A stretch of 64,000 nucleotides of DNA, taken from Acidobacteriota bacterium. Its GTDB lineage: Bacteria > Acidobacteriota > Blastocatellia > Pyrinomonadales > Pyrinomonadaceae. Shown in pieces: positions 62,274 to 64,000 of the stretch; positions within the stretch are counted from its first letter, which is position 1, and each line of letters opens with the position of its first letter. The stretch lies in assembly GCA_016715115.1 (NCBI GenBank), contig JADKBM010000013.1, positions 423,475-487,474 on the forward strand, in the 5' to 3' direction. Below the pieces are notes generated by a model. That model worked only from the letters and a program-made list of their open reading frames with translations, made no database searches and had not been told where the DNA came from. The position numbers and the translations under genes were made by a program.

Positions 62274-62534
62274 ATGTTGGGACTTGGAACACCGGAAATT
62301 TTATTGATCGTATTGGGACTGTTCCTGCTTTTTGGAGCGAGCCGGTTGCCGCAGCTGGCAAAGTCGCTGGGACAGTCACGGAAAGCCTTTAAGGAAGGAA
62401 TGCGCGAGGCTGAAGAGGAATTCAGCGCCGAGAGCGAGAAGAAACTGGAAGCGCCGGCCGCTCCGCAGATCACCGCGATGAGCGATGAAGAACTGCAGGC
62501 CGAGATGCAGCGGCGAGCTGCCGCGAAGCAGTAG
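62274..62534 (+). CDS. tatA: Twin-arginine translocase subunit TatA/E
   Basis: The ATG at 62274 gives MLGLGTPEILLIVLGLFLLFGASRLPQLAKSLGQSRKAFKEG. This is a TM helix, an amphipathic helix and an acidic tail. Confidence 0.85.
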   Translation: MLGLGTPEILLIVLGLFLLFGASRLPQLAKSLGQSRKAFKEGMREAEEEFSAESEKKLEAPAAPQITAMSDEELQAEMQRRAAAKQ

Positions 62535-62598
62535 CGTTTTGAGTTACGCCGTCTGGCGGCGATGCTTCAGATTTGGCCCCCAACCGCGAAGTCGGATA

Positions 62599-63390
62599 TC
62601 AAGGCTTTTCGCCGACGGCCAGAACCGCTTTGACGGTGAAGCGAAACGTGATCGGACCGAGTTCGTCGTCGATCAATCGGGCGAGTCGCTTTCGGACTCG
62701 CCCTATTTCTTTTTTGGTCAGTCCTGAAAACCACATCGGCATCAAAAAATCGGCGACGAGGGGCGAATCGACGAACGTCGGACCGTTCTCGAATTCGAAA
62801 ATCTCGGTCGCGATGTGAGATTCGACCTTCTCAAGTCCGGCGTCGGCAAGGATCTCCTCGATCTCCGAAACCGACGCCAACTCCGAGATCAACCGCTCGG
62901 CAAGTCCCAGATCCTCGGAGTCGACATCCATCATCGCTTCCCAGAGAATGGAGAAAATTTCGCCAAAACTTCCCGCAGAGACGAGAAAAACTGCGACAGC
63001 GCCGCCGGTTTCGGCGTAGCGTGCCGCATCCGCGACAAACTCGCGAATATCCCCCGGCCGGACAAGACTGCCGTCCGCCAGAACCGCGTCAAAGCTGTCT
63101 TCGTCAAAGCCCTTATCCGAAAAATCGACCCTCGAACGCGTCGCGATCGCTTTGTCGCGCGCGATCTTGAACAGATGCTTGTTCTCACAGACCGCGCCGA
63201 TCCGCGCGTCGCGTCCGGCCTTCGTGCCGATCTCGAGCGCGTGGTTGCCTGTTCCGGCATTGATGTACAGAAGGCTGCGGTCGCCTTTGAACTTGAAGTG
63301 CTTGTCGGTGAGTTCCATAAACCGCAGCGTCCATTCGGTGTCCACATACAGATCCCTTAAGAATGCGAGTTCTTTCGCTGTCTTCGTCAT
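62599..63390 (-). CDS. Methyltransferase-like protein (degenerate class I SAM fold), function unknown
   Basis: ATG at 63390 (the ORF-track start at 63408 is TTG). LLYINAGTGNHALEIG resembles SAM motif I. The remainder is not recognised. Confidence 0.5.
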   Translation of the reverse strand: MTKTAKELAFLRDLYVDTEWTLRFMELTDKHFKFKGDRSLLYINAGTGNHALEIGTKAGRDARIGAVCENKHLFKIARDKAIATRSRVDFSDKGFDEDSFDAVLADGSLVRPGDIREFVADAARYAETGGAVAVFLVSAGSFGEIFSILWEAMMDVDSEDLGLAERLISELASVSEIEEILADAGLEKVESHIATEIFEFENGPTFVDSPLVADFLMPMWFSGLTKKEIGRVRKRLARLIDDELGPITFRFTVKAVLAVGEKP

Positions 63391-63477
63391 ATTTCTATTA
63401 AACTTCAAAGTTTGTCACCGAAGCAAAAGCGCCCGCTTTTTTGCATCGAGCGGTTTATGTTATGTTCTAAATCAAAT

Positions 63478-64000
63478 ATGACGACACACATCAAAGAGCT
63501 TTTCGATCTCACGGGCCGGACCGCGATCGTCACCGGCGGAAGCCGCGGCATCGGCAAGGAAATGGCCGAAGCTTTGGCCGAAGCCGGAGCGAAAGTAATG
63601 CTTTGCGCGCGGCGCGAGGAATGGCTCAAAGAAACCGTCGGCGAGTTTCGCGCAAAAGGGTTCGAGGCAGAAGGAATGGTTGCCGACGTGTCAGACGAGG
63701 AAGCCGTTGGCAGACTGGTCGCGGCGACGGTCGAAAGATTCGGCTCGGTCGACATCCTGATCAACAATGCCGGCATTTCGTGGGGCGCTATGCCGGAAGA
63801 TATGCCGCGCGATCAGTGGCAGAAAGTTCTCGACGTGAATCTTACCGGCTGTTTTCTGATGGCGCAGGCCGCCGGCCGGCAGATGCTGAAACAGGGAAAG
63901 GGGTCGATCGTCAACATTGCTTCGATCGCCGGGATGACCTCGTCGGCGAACGGCCCGTTCTACGCGGGTTACGTCGCCAGCAAGGCCGGACTGATCGGGC
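63478..64000 (+). CDS. Short-chain dehydrogenase/reductase (SDR), partial (3' end beyond window)
   Basis: Manual translation gives MTTHIKELFDLTGRTAIVTGGSRGIGKEMAEAL...ILINNAGIS...NIASIAG...YVASKAGLIG. TGxxxGxG, NNAG and YxxxK are all present. Not in the ORF track because there is no stop in the window. Confidence 0.85.
   Translation, partial: MTTHIKELFDLTGRTAIVTGGSRGIGKEMAEALAEAGAKVMLCARREEWLKETVGEFRAKGFEAEGMVADVSDEEAVGRLVAATVERFGSVDILINNAGISWGAMPEDMPRDQWQKVLDVNLTGCFLMAQAAGRQMLKQGKGSIVNIASIAGMTSSANGPFYAGYVASKAGLIG

Noticed and set aside
1-64000. Defence, toxin-antitoxin, prophage, integron or secondary-metabolite cluster hidden in the window.
   Set aside because: I found no nuclease/helicase/ATPase defence-type combinations, reverse transcriptase, integrase, capsid or terminase, small TA pairs, or NRPS/PKS/RiPP signatures. 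The only unexplained protein block is 36931-39398, which lacks catalytic motifs.

Overview
This is a 64-kb chromosomal segment of a moderately GC-rich bacterium. The sequence style suggests an Acidobacteria-like soil organism, but that is a guess I cannot verify here.

I support about 58 protein-coding genes, nearly all ordinary housekeeping, envelope or catabolic functions:
- A glycosylation-type operon (SAM methyltransferase, GT2, GT-C/TPR membrane protein, amidase).
- A peptide-scavenging locus (M19 dipeptidase, S9 peptidase, class-A-like serine hydrolase, APC permease).
- A ubiX / SH3 protein / methyltransferase / MqnD-like operon, divergent from an orphan larB.
- Core genes proS, rpiB, glyA, ald and tatA, plus an aldehyde dehydrogenase, HtrA, a DUF512 radical-SAM protein and a CDF transporter.
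- A xanthine dehydrogenase operon (xdhA, xdhB, xdhC) with a guanine-deaminase-like gene nearby.
- A glutaminyl cyclase, a DsbA-like protein, a 3-methyladenine glycosylase and pip.

I saw no rRNA, tRNA, CRISPR, transposase, integrase, phage or recognisable defence genes. All product calls rest on motifs I recognise by eye; no searches were run.

The outstanding feature is non-coding. At least 16 loci carry tandem arrays of 7-nt units (AGATTCC, AAATCCC, AAATCGC, AAAATCC, GCAGAGT, GGTAGAC, GCTCACC and others). The arrays are usually built as imperfect palindromes and start exactly at or inside stop codons. The G/T-rich strand always continues the upstream mRNA.

The same units also sit in frame inside xdhA (twice), xdhC and the DUF512 gene. 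A 22-nt hairpin element is identical inside xdhB and xdhC. Several unrelated long inverted-repeat elements (29-33 bp arms, one about 279 nt and nested) fill other spacers.

I regard this repeat system and its invasion of the xdh operon as the most novel signal. Gene-based candidates (a CarH/LitR-like regulator with a palindromic operator, a TMTC-like glycosylation set, orphan larB) are secondary.
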